Made by a program: the position numbers and the translations under genes. Below, in pieces: positions 47,930 to 57,105 of a DNA stretch of 64,000 bases. The notes beneath the pieces are model-generated. The model was not told the DNA's origin. It searched no databases and saw nothing but the letters and a program-made list of their open reading frames with translations. The stretch lies in assembly GCA_965199495.1 (NCBI GenBank), contig CBDASK010000003.1:1504001-1568000 (forward strand). The letters run 5' to 3'. Within the stretch, counting starts at the first letter, position 1, and every line of letters starts with the position of its first letter. Origin of the DNA: Abditibacterium sp. (lineage in GTDB: Bacteria; Armatimonadota; Abditibacteriia; Abditibacteriales; Abditibacteriaceae).

Positions 47930-48003
47930 GCCCGCGTAGCCCAATTGGTAGAGGCGCTGGATTCAAACCCCAGAGGTTCGCAGTTCGAGTCTGCGCGTGG
48001 GCA
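47930..48003 (+). tRNA. tRNA-Leu(CAA), short variable loop
   Basis: GCCCGCG/CGTGGGC acceptor, CTGGA-TTCAAAC-CCCAG (A-C mismatch), 5-nt variable loop, A73. Confidence 0.82.
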
Positions 48004-48103
48004 AATTTCACTCACGAAATATGGCGTTAAAACAGCTATGATACCCTGCACACCAGCAACGTCATCGCCGTTCCAATCGTCTAAAATTGACAACACATCA
48101 CCG

Positions 48104-50056
48104 ATGCAACAATCACAATCCGAAGTTCTCGTGCCCGCGCTTGAAAGCGCCGACCTCGCGCAAGAACCTCATATTATTACCGATAATTTGGACGAACTTC
48201 TGGCGGTTTTGCCCGCCGAATTGTCCGATGCGATTCCCGAATCGCAGCGCCCCAACTTATTGGAAATCGTCTTAGATTTGGGTCGTCGGCCCGAAGCGCG
48301 TTTTCTGGGACGCTATCAATATCTGCGCGAAACCGTCGTGACGCGCGAAGAGTTGGACTCAATCGAAGCGAAAATCGGTGCTTTCGGCGACGACAACCGC
48401 GCCGGACTGCCAGCCACGTTGCATCGCATCTCGGCGCTTCGCAATCGGCGCGGCCAAATCGTCGGCCTGACGCTACGCGTTGGGCGCGCCGTGACCGGCA
48501 TCATTGACATTCTGCGCGACTTGATCGAAAGCGGCCAATCGCTGTTGTTGATGGGCCGTCCGGGCCTGGGCAAAACCACGATGCTGCGCGAAATGGCGCG
48601 CGTTCTGGCCGACGAATCCGGCAAACGCGTGGTGATTGTGGACACCTCGAACGAAATCGCGGGCGATGGCGATGTGCCGCATCCGGCGATTGGGCGCGCG
48701 CGGCGGATGCAGGTGCCGCACGTCGCGCACCAACACGACGTGATGATCGAGGCCGTCGAAAATCACATGCCCGAAGTCATCGTGATTGACGAAATCGGGC
48801 GCATGGAAGAAACGCTCGCCGCGCGCACCATCGCCGAACGCGGCGTGCAACTCATCGCGACCGTGCACGGCAACACGCTCGATAATTTGATCGCCAATCC
48901 TTCGATGAGCGATTTAATCGGCGGCGTGCAAACCGTGACGCTGGGCGACGAAGAAGCGCGCCGTCGTCGCACGCAAAAAACAGTCAGCGAGCGCAAATTA
49001 CCGCCGACTTTCGACATCGTTGTCGAGATGATCGAGCGCGACAAAATCGCGATTCGCCGCCCGGTGGCTGATGTCGTGGACGCGTTACTTCGCGGCCAGA
49101 GCGCCAGTCCCGAAACGCGTTGGCGCGACGAGAACGGCGAATTAAATGTCGTGGGAGCCGAAGTTATATCGGCGCCCGAACCGATGGGCGAACGCGAGTT
49201 TTCCAATCGTAATGGTCGCGGCGGCGGGCGCGATAATCGCGGGCGCGGCGGCAATAATCGCGATAATCGTAACGGCTCCAACAAAGCGCACGGCTATTCC
49301 AAAGGTCACGGCGCTCCGGTTCCGCCGGTATTTCTGGCGCCCAAAGGCGGCACGCTCGTTCCCGTTGGCCCGCGCGCGGAAAGCGCGCAAACCTTCGCGC
49401 CATCGTCGTTCGATGACGATGGAGATGACCTAAAACCCATATTAAACGGCGAAGACGCGCGCCAATTCGAGTACGAAATGTTGCGTGACGAAAACAACGG
49501 CCCGGCGGGTGAACTGGCCGAAGAAGAGTTCGAGAATTTGCTTTCGACGTGGCAATCGCAGCCGGTGAACATGAGCAAAATTCGGCGTATTTATCCGTTC
49601 GGCATTTCGCGCTCGCGCTTGTCGCGCGCGGCCAAACATTTGGGAATTGACATCGTGCCCGCGCGCACCTGGCAAGAATGCGACGCCGTTTTGATGCTGT
49701 CGGGCGACGAAGGTTTGCCCGCGACCAATTCGATGCTGCGCGAAGCGCGCGACCTGAAACTGCCGATTATCGGCGTCGGCGGCAACACTTACGCGCAAAT
49801 CGTGGCGCGATTGAATGATCTATATAATACCGGCGCGTCCGATAGCGAAGATTCGCCGCGCGAACTGGCGATCCGAGAAGCCAAAGAAGCCGCGCAACGC
49901 GTGCTGGAAAGCGCGCAGACCATCGAACTGCGCCCGCAAATGAAAGCGCTGCGGCGTCTGCAACACGAAATCGCCGAGCGTTATCATCTGAAAAGTTTCA
50001 GCGTAGGACGCGACCCGCGCCGCCGCGTCAAAGTCGCGCCGATGATGGAACGGTAG
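48104..50056 (+). CDS. Ycf45/SpoIIIAA-like AAA ATPase with C-terminal R3H domain
   Basis: LDLGRRPEAR, GRPGLGKTT, VDTSNEIAGDGD, IVIDEIG, RRLQH (R3H); ATG 48104 lies after the tRNAs. Confidence 0.9.
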   Translation: MQQSQSEVLVPALESADLAQEPHIITDNLDELLAVLPAELSDAIPESQRPNLLEIVLDLGRRPEARFLGRYQYLRETVVTREELDSIEAKIGAFGDDNRAGLPATLHRISALRNRRGQIVGLTLRVGRAVTGIIDILRDLIESGQSLLLMGRPGLGKTTMLREMARVLADESGKRVVIVDTSNEIAGDGDVPHPAIGRARRMQVPHVAHQHDVMIEAVENHMPEVIVIDEIGRMEETLAARTIAERGVQLIATVHGNTLDNLIANPSMSDLIGGVQTVTLGDEEARRRRTQKTVSERKLPPTFDIVVEMIERDKIAIRRPVADVVDALLRGQSASPETRWRDENGELNVVGAEVISAPEPMGEREFSNRNGRGGGRDNRGRGGNNRDNRNGSNKAHGYSKGHGAPVPPVFLAPKGGTLVPVGPRAESAQTFAPSSFDDDGDDLKPILNGEDARQFEYEMLRDENNGPAGELAEEEFENLLSTWQSQPVNMSKIRRIYPFGISRSRLSRAAKHLGIDIVPARTWQECDAVLMLSGDEGLPATNSMLREARDLKLPIIGVGGNTYAQIVARLNDLYNTGASDSEDSPRELAIREAKEAAQRVLESAQTIELRPQMKALRRLQHEIAERYHLKSFSVGRDPRRRVKVAPMMER

Positions 50057-50064
50057 AAGTGAGC

Positions 50065-50212
50065 GTGTCCGCGAAGGCGTACAGTTGCGCGCGAAGCGCG
50101 ATTCCAGACCCACATTTCAATGGGTTACGCGGGATGTTCACTCTCGTAAACCCATAATAAATTATGGGTCTGGAATCGCGCTTCGCGCGCAACTGTACGC
50201 CTTCGCGGACAC
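50065..50212. repeat. Long inverted repeat (family E)
   Basis: Perfect 48-bp arms 50065-50112 and 50165-50212 (gtgtccgcgaaggcgtacagttgcgcgcgaagcgcgattccagaccca). Confidence 0.9.
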
Positions 50213-50224
50213 ACGAATCGAACA

Positions 50225-50533
50225 ATGAACCAAACTCCACAAACTGTTGAAGAGTTGGGCTGGCAAGACGGCACCGTCGCCGAATTTTTGGGTTTGACGC
50301 CCGAAGAATCGGCGCTCATCGAGATGAAGTTGGCGCTGAGTCGTCACTTGCGCGAGCGCCGCGCCGCCAGCATGACGCAAAACGAATTGGCCGAAAAAAT
50401 CAGTTCGAGCCAATCGCGCATCGCCAAAGCCGAAAGCGGACACAGTTCAGTTTCGATGGAACTGTTGGTGCGCGCGATTCTGGCGACGGGCGCAACGCCC
50501 CACGAAATTGGCGAAGTTTTGGAGCGCGTTTGA
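50225..50533 (+). CDS. XRE-family HTH protein (antitoxin-like)
   Basis: GW..GTVAEFLGLTPEE...MTQNELAEKISSSQSRIAKAESG. Confidence 0.85.
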   Translation: MNQTPQTVEELGWQDGTVAEFLGLTPEESALIEMKLALSRHLRERRAASMTQNELAEKISSSQSRIAKAESGHSSVSMELLVRAILATGATPHEIGEVLERV

Positions 50534-50570
50534 GCCACAAAGAAAGTCGCGCCCATGACGCAAAGATGAA

Positions 50571-51179
50571 TTATGAACCTGCCAGACGCGACCAAGCGCA
50601 CAAACGAATGTTGAAACCGCGTCCGGCTTTGTCTCCCCATGTTTGCGTTTGGTAAGCGACAGCTTTGTTTTCCCATTTTGTGGATTCGCGCAGTTCTTCT
50701 AACTCGCCCTCAAAAGGGCGTTGCGCTTTGTCGTAGCTGATGAACATGACAATACGCGCATCAATTTCCCAACTGTATGTTCTTGATCCGAATGGTTTCC
50801 ATAATTGGCCGAGTTGACCGCTCAAATCGGCTTTTTCCCATCGCCCAAGTCTGTTTTCCTGCCTATCAACGTAATGTCCTGAACCATATCGCCTCACTTT
50901 TATATTCGACACCTTCACCAAAGCAAGCGTCACAGTACCAATTGAGGGAGAGTGACAAATGGCAGTTGACGAAAAGTTGTCTATAGGAGAAAATCGGCTG
51001 GCCCCGCATCCCTGTGATTCCAAGAATGGAAAAATCGCGCCTTGCCATTCCTGATAAGTTGACCTAACGGGATTCGCTCCAGCCAATTCGTCGCTGGCGT
51101 ATAAACCGAGCGGCAAAATCGCGGTATCGAACTGTTCGAGACAATCCACTAATCCATTTCGTAAAGCGTCAATTTCCAT
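50571..51179 (-). CDS. Hypothetical protein
   Basis: 202-aa ATG ORF, lower GC. Confidence 0.6.
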   Translation of the reverse strand: MEIDALRNGLVDCLEQFDTAILPLGLYASDELAGANPVRSTYQEWQGAIFPFLESQGCGASRFSPIDNFSSTAICHSPSIGTVTLALVKVSNIKVRRYGSGHYVDRQENRLGRWEKADLSGQLGQLWKPFGSRTYSWEIDARIVMFISYDKAQRPFEGELEELRESTKWENKAVAYQTQTWGDKAGRGFNIRLCAWSRLAGS

Positions 51180-51252
51180 GTTTTTCAGTGTGACTTAACG
51201 GCGATTGTCGCGCGCTCAAAACGCCGCAAAATGGTAAACCTTATTTAACCCA

Positions 51253-51825
51253 ATGAACGAATCATTTTTTCAGGTGCTCCAACGTGCGCGCGAATCGCAA
51301 TCGTTGGTCGCCATTTATACCAACGTGGACTCGCCGCGCGCGTTTTTGGCCGGTTGGGTCGAGGCCGTCACGCAGGAACACGTCGTAATGCGCCATCTTT
51401 CGCCCGAAGGTCGCTATGACGGCTACGTTTTGAAATACGTGGACTCGATTTTTCGAGTGGACGCCGAAGGCCGCTATATCGAGCGCTTGCAGTTTTTGTA
51501 TAACGCGCGCAATCAAGAATTTCCCGCGCGCCTGATTGGCGGCGACGTGGCTGAAGATGCGAGCCTGATTCCCGAAATGCTATCGGCGGCGCAAAACGAG
51601 GGCATGATGGTTTCCATCGAAGTCGCTGCCGACGACATGGAAAACGGCGTCGTGCGCGATGTCGGTTTCGATACGGTTCTGCTCGAAGTTTACGATTACT
51701 TCGGCGCCATCGACCGCGAAGCGACGATTCATCTTGAAGCGATTTCGGAAGTGCGCGTGGATTCGGAACGTTTGCAATCGTTGAAAATGTTGTCCAACTG
51801 GCATCAGTTGCCGGGGCTTGAATAA
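51253..51825 (+). CDS. Hypothetical protein
   Basis: 190-aa ORF with host codon usage; halves look internally duplicated. Confidence 0.7.
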   Translation: MNESFFQVLQRARESQSLVAIYTNVDSPRAFLAGWVEAVTQEHVVMRHLSPEGRYDGYVLKYVDSIFRVDAEGRYIERLQFLYNARNQEFPARLIGGDVAEDASLIPEMLSAAQNEGMMVSIEVAADDMENGVVRDVGFDTVLLEVYDYFGAIDREATIHLEAISEVRVDSERLQSLKMLSNWHQLPGLE

Positions 51826-51832
51826 CGATTTT

Positions 51833-51977
51833 TAGCCACAGAGGGCACGGAGAACGCACAGAGGGGCACAGAAAGAAAAAAGCAATTTAGATTACGAAGA
51901 ACTATTCGAGCGATTGACTTCTAAATTCTTCGTTCTTTCTGTGCCCCTCTGTGTGTTCTCTGCGAACTCTGTGGCTA
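51833..51977. repeat. Family C hairpin
   Basis: tagccacagagggcacggagaacgcacagaggggcacagaaagaa ... ttctttctgtgcccctctgtgtgttctctgcgaactctgtggcta. Confidence 0.88.
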
Positions 51978-51988
51978 TTCCCCAAATC

Positions 51989-52705
51989 ATGAATTTTGAA
52001 ATTATTCCCGCCATTGATATTCGCGGCGGCCAATGTGTGCGCCTGATTCAAGGCGATTACAATCAAGAAACCGTCTACGGCGATGATCCGCTTCAGATGG
52101 CTCACAAATGGGCTGACGAAGGAGCCACGCGCATTCACATTGTGGATTTGGACGGCGCGCGCGATGGAAATAGCGGCAATTTGGAAATTATTTCCAAGAT
52201 TGCCAGCGAAATTAAAGTGCCGATTCAAGTCGGCGGCGGCATTCGCACGCACGATACTTTGGACGCGCTATTAGATGCGGGCGTGCAGCGCTGCATTCTG
52301 GGCACCAAAGCGGCGCAGGACACGCGCTGGGCTGAAGAGACTTTCGCAATTTACGCCGATGCCGTAATTTTGGGCATTGACGCGCGCGAAGGCAAAGTCG
52401 CGGTGAGCGGTTGGCAAGAAACTTCGGGCGCCGATGCGGTTGGTTTCGCGCGTTATATGGAAGAGGCCGGTTGTATGCGGATTATTTTCACCGACATCGC
52501 GCGCGACGGAATGCTGAGCGGGCCGAATTTGGACGCGATGCGCGCGATGGCCCAAGCGGTCGAAATCCCGGTTATCGCGTCGGGCGGTTTGAGCAATGCG
52601 GGCGACGTGGCTACCTTACGCGGCATTGATGGTTTGGAAGGCGTAATTACCGGCAAGGCGTTGTATGCGGGGAATGTGACGCTGAAAGATTTGCTGGCGG
52701 GTTGA
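51989..52705 (+). CDS. hisA: ProFAR isomerase
   Basis: IIPAIDIRGGQCVRL, HIVDLDGA, QVGGGIR, FTDIARDGML, ASGG. Confidence 0.96.
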   Translation: MNFEIIPAIDIRGGQCVRLIQGDYNQETVYGDDPLQMAHKWADEGATRIHIVDLDGARDGNSGNLEIISKIASEIKVPIQVGGGIRTHDTLDALLDAGVQRCILGTKAAQDTRWAEETFAIYADAVILGIDAREGKVAVSGWQETSGADAVGFARYMEEAGCMRIIFTDIARDGMLSGPNLDAMRAMAQAVEIPVIASGGLSNAGDVATLRGIDGLEGVITGKALYAGNVTLKDLLAG

Positions 52706-52857
52706 GCGTTTTACCCTCTCCCGGAGGGAGAAGGAACTACTTTTCGGAAAACAGAAGTTCGTCTAACTGACTTATTAAGTCAGTTGAAGCGACTTATAAA
52801 CCTCCGAAAATTAGTTCCTTCTCCCTCCGGGAGAGGGTTAGGGTGAGGGTAAAACGC
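52706..52857. repeat. Family B hairpin (CCCTCTCCC..GGGAGAGGG-TTAGGGTGAGGG type)
   Basis: ccctctcccggagggagaaggaacta / tagttccttctccctccgggagaggg; left arm lacks ~12 nt; internal hairpin aactgactta-t-taagtcagtt. Confidence 0.85.
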
Positions 52858-52865
52858 CGAAAATT

Positions 52866-53834
52866 TTAATACGGCCCGCGAATCCACTGCGCCACATTCG
52901 ACTGATACCAATCGCTCAACTTCGCGTGAGCTTCATCGCCCAGCGGCGCCAAATCCGCCGCGCCCGCGTTCGATTCGACCTGACTGACTTTGCTGGCGCC
53001 GGTAATTATCGTCGTTACTGCGTCGTAATCTAAAATCCAACGCTGCGCCCATTGCGACATCGACGTATTTTCGGGCACGAAAAGTTTGAGTTCGTCGGCC
53101 AGTTCGACACCTTTCTCGAACGGCAAACCGGCGAAAGTTTCGCCAACGTTGAAACTGTCGCCATCGCGGTTAAAATTGCGATGGTCATCTTTATCGAACG
53201 TCGTTTCTTTCGTCATTTTGCCCGACAACAATCCGCTCGCGAGGGGCAAACGAATAATCAAACCGACGTTTTTGGCTTTAGCTTTCTCAAATAAATCGTC
53301 AATCGGCTTCTGGCGAAAAACGTTGAAGATGATTTGCAACGAACTCAAACCTTCGTGTTGCAAACAAATGTGCGCCTCTTCCATTGATTCGACGCTGGCG
53401 CCAAATCGCTGGATTTTGCCTTCGGTTTTCAAAGTTCGCAGATGATCGAAAACTTCGCCGCGCCGCAAATCTTGCGTCGGGATGCAGTGCAGTTGCGTCA
53501 AATCGAGCGATTCGACGCCCAGATTTTGGAGCGATTGTTCGGTCGCGCCGCGCAAACCTTCCAAAGTTAATTCTTCGCCGCCGCGCCCCAGTTTGGTGGC
53601 GACGAACGGCTTCGCGCCGCTCTCTTTCAGAAAGCGCCCGATGAGTTTCTCGCTTTTACCGCCACCGTAAACGTTGGCGGTATCGAACATCGTCACGCCG
53701 TTTTCGTGGGCGGCGCGCAAAATTTCGAGCGCTTCGTCTTCGGAAACTTCGCCCCAACTGCCACCGATTTGCCAGGTGCCCAGTCCGACTTCGCTAACAG
53801 CCACGCCGGAGGAATCTAATTTTCGGGTATTCAT
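52866..53834 (-). CDS. Aldo/keto reductase
   Basis: VGLGTWQIGG, FDTANVYG, ATK, DLTQLH, PLASGLLSGK; ATG 53834. Confidence 0.93.
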   Translation of the reverse strand: MNTRKLDSSGVAVSEVGLGTWQIGGSWGEVSEDEALEILRAAHENGVTMFDTANVYGGGKSEKLIGRFLKESGAKPFVATKLGRGGEELTLEGLRGATEQSLQNLGVESLDLTQLHCIPTQDLRRGEVFDHLRTLKTEGKIQRFGASVESMEEAHICLQHEGLSSLQIIFNVFRQKPIDDLFEKAKAKNVGLIIRLPLASGLLSGKMTKETTFDKDDHRNFNRDGDSFNVGETFAGLPFEKGVELADELKLFVPENTSMSQWAQRWILDYDAVTTIITGASKVSQVESNAGAADLAPLGDEAHAKLSDWYQSNVAQWIRGPY

Positions 53835-53888
53835 AATCGCGCTCGATATTGCAATCTCGGCACCCAAAACGCAATATATTTTGGTTCT

Positions 53889-54308
53889 ATGATTTCTTCC
53901 ATCGGCCACGCCGCCTACGATTGCTACAAATTCGACGCAACGCTCGACTTTTACACGCGCGTTCTGGGATTCGACAAAATGTTCGAGCTGCATAACGACG
54001 AAGGAAAACTCTGGATCGTTTATCTGCGCGTCAACGACAACGCTTACATCGAACTGTTTCCGCGCGTTGGCGAAGCGCCCGCCAAATCGGGTTCGTATTC
54101 GCATTTGTGCTTGGAAGTCACCGACATCGAGAACACTTTCGCCAGCGTCGTCGAGCGCGGCGCGCCGGTTGATGCTCAGGTCAAAACCGGCAAAGACGGC
54201 AACCGTCAGGCGTGGACGCACGATCCCGAAGGCAATCGCATCGAGTTCATGGAAATGGCGCCCGATTCGCTGCAACGAAAAGCGATTGAGCGGCTCAAAA
54301 ATGCGTGA
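53889..54308 (+). CDS. VOC/glyoxalase-family protein
   Basis: GHAA...DFYTRVLGF, YIELF, HLCLEV, HDPEGNRIEF. Confidence 0.9.
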   Translation: MISSIGHAAYDCYKFDATLDFYTRVLGFDKMFELHNDEGKLWIVYLRVNDNAYIELFPRVGEAPAKSGSYSHLCLEVTDIENTFASVVERGAPVDAQVKTGKDGNRQAWTHDPEGNRIEFMEMAPDSLQRKAIERLKNA

Positions 54309-55450
54309 ATTTTAAACTCCAAGCTGTTCTGATGCTGACGCTGGCACTGGCTTGTGGCGGCGCTTTGCCCGTATCGGCGCGCGTGATGACGCCGACCGAA
54401 TTTGGCGCGACGGGAGACGGGCAAACCGACGACGGCCCCGCGCTCCAACGCGCTTTGGATTCGCTCAAGAACGGCGATGTTTTGCAAATCCCGGCGGGCC
54501 AAACTTACCGTCACGGCGACGTTTTGACGATTCGGGTTACGGGCGCGCACTTGCAGGGGCCGGGCACCTTGCTGGCGACGCAAGAAGAACATTGTGCGCT
54601 CTCCATTGACGCCGATAACGTGCTTGTTGACGGCGGATTAGAGCTGAAAATCGCCCAGACTTCGCGGCGTTGGAGCGCGCCCGCGCAGAACAATTTGAAT
54701 TTGCTCGCTCACAAAGGCATCGTGGTGCGCGACGTTTTCGTGGACGGAGCGGGCGCGGCGGGCGTGTTTATTTACGGCGCGTCCAATTACCTCATCGAGA
54801 ACGTGACGGTGCAAAACACGCGTGCCGATGGGATTCATCAAACGCACGGCGCGCACGACGGAATTATACGCCGCGCGGTTGTTCGTAACGTCGGCGACGA
54901 CGGCATCGCGGTCGTTTCCTACGGCGCCGATGGCGCGCCTTGCCACGATATTACAATTGAATCGCCGCGTTTTATTGGCAACAAATGGGGACGCGGTTTC
55001 AGCGTCGTGGGCGGCGATGACATCACGTTTCGCGATATTTACGCCGAAAATTCCAATGCCGCCGCGCTCTACCTTACCTGCGAGGGCGCGCCGTGGAATA
55101 CCGCGCCGACGCGCCGCGTGCGCGTGTTGGGCGGCGAGTTGAAACGTTCCAATCAAAGCGACACGGTTGATCACGGCGCGGTTTTGATTTACAATGCGCG
55201 CCCCAATTTTACTATCGAAGACGTGACGATTGAGGACTTGCAAATCAGCGAGACCAATCCCAAAGCCTCGCGCCAAGTCGGGATTTTGGTCGGCAAAAGT
55301 GGCGGCGTCAAAAATATAGAGTTGAGCGACCTGAGAATTAGCGGCGGGCCAGCGAACCTCTTCGTTTCCGATGCGCCCGCCGCCAGTTATGTGACGAAAA
55401 ACTGGACGTTTAACGGCGCGGCTCAAGCCAACCACGAAGTTGCGCAGTAA
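54305..55450 (+). CDS. Secreted right-handed beta-helix (pectin lyase fold) protein
   Basis: Signal peptide; FGATGDGQTDDGPALQRAL; ADGIH, GDDGIAV repeats. Confidence 0.85.
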   Translation: MNFKLQAVLMLTLALACGGALPVSARVMTPTEFGATGDGQTDDGPALQRALDSLKNGDVLQIPAGQTYRHGDVLTIRVTGAHLQGPGTLLATQEEHCALSIDADNVLVDGGLELKIAQTSRRWSAPAQNNLNLLAHKGIVVRDVFVDGAGAAGVFIYGASNYLIENVTVQNTRADGIHQTHGAHDGIIRRAVVRNVGDDGIAVVSYGADGAPCHDITIESPRFIGNKWGRGFSVVGGDDITFRDIYAENSNAAALYLTCEGAPWNTAPTRRVRVLGGELKRSNQSDTVDHGAVLIYNARPNFTIEDVTIEDLQISETNPKASRQVGILVGKSGGVKNIELSDLRISGGPANLFVSDAPAASYVTKNWTFNGAAQANHEVAQ

Positions 55451-55452
55451 GG

Positions 55453-56670
55453 TCAATTGTAAACTCGCGCCGGACGCGCTTGTTTTTCCCACGCCGCCGC
55501 GTCGCCGTTCCAGACTTGAAGCAAGCGGTCAATATTCGTGTTTTTCTGCATCAGCGCGCGCATTTGCGACGTGCCGCAGACCAAATCGAACATTTGGTTG
55601 TGGCTCGAACTGGCGAAGAAATTGATCTGCGGCGCGACTTTACGCGCGGCGGCCCATAGCTCGAAGTTGATGCGCGTCGAATCGGCGCGCGCCGGGTCGG
55701 CGACAATGAGTTGCGCGCCCTGACAAATTTTGCCCGCATAATGGCCTTTGCTCGGTTTCCACGAAACTGCTTGAAATTGCCAACCGGCGAGGTTACGTTT
55801 GTTCAGTTCGCGCACGAACGCGCGCGCGTCCAAACCGGGCGCGCCCGCCAGTTCAAACGGGCGCGACGTTCCAATTCCAATCGAAAGGCCGGGCAGTTCG
55901 CCTAAAATTCCGGTTGCGGCGTAGAAAAATGGCGAATCGGCGCGCGGAATGTTCGGACTCGACGGAATCCACGTCAAACCGGTGTCACGCCACGTCATGT
56001 CGCGTTGATAACCCCGCATCGGCACGACGCTTAGTTGGCAACTGTTGCCGCGCCGCGCATTGAGCCACCGCGCCAGTTCCCCCATCGTCAGGCCGTGGCG
56101 ATAGGGAATCGGATAGGGCGAAACAAACGAGGCTTTTTGCGCCAATCGGCCTTCGCTACGCGGCCCGACCGGATTGGGCCGATCCAAAATGACGTAGGGA
56201 ATGCGTTGCGCCGCGCACGCTTTCATGCACTCGCCCATCGTCGAAATGAAGGTATAAGAACGTGAGCCGATGTCCTGAATATCGAAAACTAGAACATCAA
56301 CGCCGCGCAGCATTCGCGGCGTCGGACGCCGCGTGCCGCCATAAAGCGAATAAACCGGCAAGCCGGTGGCTCTGTCGCGATAAGTTTTGACGCTCGCGCC
56401 CGCAGCCACGGCGCCGCGCACACCGTGTTCGGGCGCATAAAGCGCGACCAGTTTGACATTGGGCGCCGCGCGTAAAACGTCAATCGTGGCGCGCCCAGCG
56501 CGCGTCACGCCGGTTTGATTGGTCACCAAACCAACGCGTTTTCCGCTCAGAATATCGAAGTTATGTCCGGCCAAAACGTCAATGCCGGGCAAAACTTGCG
56601 CGTGAGCGGAGGGGGCACAGACGGCGAAAAGGAGCGTGAGAAAAAATGGAAGAAAATGGAAATTTCGCAT
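55453..56670 (-). CDS. Exo-beta-N-acetylmuramidase NamZ (DUF1343) family
   Basis: GLVTNQTG, APEHG, SLYG, FDIQDIGSRSYTF, LDRPNP, RHGLTMGELA. Confidence 0.92.
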   Translation of the reverse strand: MRNFHFLPFFLTLLFAVCAPSAHAQVLPGIDVLAGHNFDILSGKRVGLVTNQTGVTRAGRATIDVLRAAPNVKLVALYAPEHGVRGAVAAGASVKTYRDRATGLPVYSLYGGTRRPTPRMLRGVDVLVFDIQDIGSRSYTFISTMGECMKACAAQRIPYVILDRPNPVGPRSEGRLAQKASFVSPYPIPYRHGLTMGELARWLNARRGNSCQLSVVPMRGYQRDMTWRDTGLTWIPSSPNIPRADSPFFYAATGILGELPGLSIGIGTSRPFELAGAPGLDARAFVRELNKRNLAGWQFQAVSWKPSKGHYAGKICQGAQLIVADPARADSTRINFELWAAARKVAPQINFFASSSHNQMFDLVCGTSQMRALMQKNTNIDRLLQVWNGDAAAWEKQARPARVYN

Positions 56671-56758
56671 AAACAACGGTGGGGAAGTTTAGGCGACTGA
56701 TTAAACTACGCGTTCAATTTGAATGGGATAATCTCGTGGAATGAACCTTTTTATCGGT

Positions 56759-57074
56759 ATGAAAACCTTGATTTCTACGTTCTGCTGTTTCGCTCTTTGT
56801 TGCGCTTCGGTGAGCGCCGCGCCCGCAAAAAAACGCTGTGGGAATATGCCACCGTTGATTTTGCTGCTTCACGATCTACAGGGAATACAAATTATCGTTA
56901 TGAGCAGAATTGATTCTGCCCGGCAAAAAAATTATTTTTATGGAAACCACAAATTCCAATACCGCCAATTATAAAAATTATCTTTTCAATCGAATGGGCG
57001 CGCAAGGCTGGGAATTGGCATTTGTTCCCGGCAAGCCAACCGAGAATATTTATATCTTCAAACGCCCAAAGTAA
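56759..57074 (+). pseudogene. Doubly frameshifted small secreted protein (WEY...GWEL...FKRP type)
   Basis: Signal peptide MKTLISTF..SAAPAKK in one frame, KTLWEYATV in a second, NRMGAQGWELAFV..IYIFKRPK* in a third. Confidence 0.6.
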
Positions 57075-57105
57075 ATCATTTCATTCGCTAAACTAATCCG
57101 CAATT

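Noticed and set aside
47622..48103. ORF 47622..48011 (-) and the N-terminal extension of ORF 47945..50056
   Set aside because: They overlap four tRNA genes; the ATPase more plausibly starts at 48104
47681..51200. tRNA cluster as a prophage or island attachment site
   Set aside because: No integrase, phage genes or duplicated tRNA 3' end seen in the window
53835..54275. 147-aa N-terminal extension of the aldo/keto reductase
   Set aside because: Antisense to the VOC gene; family homology starts at ATG 53834
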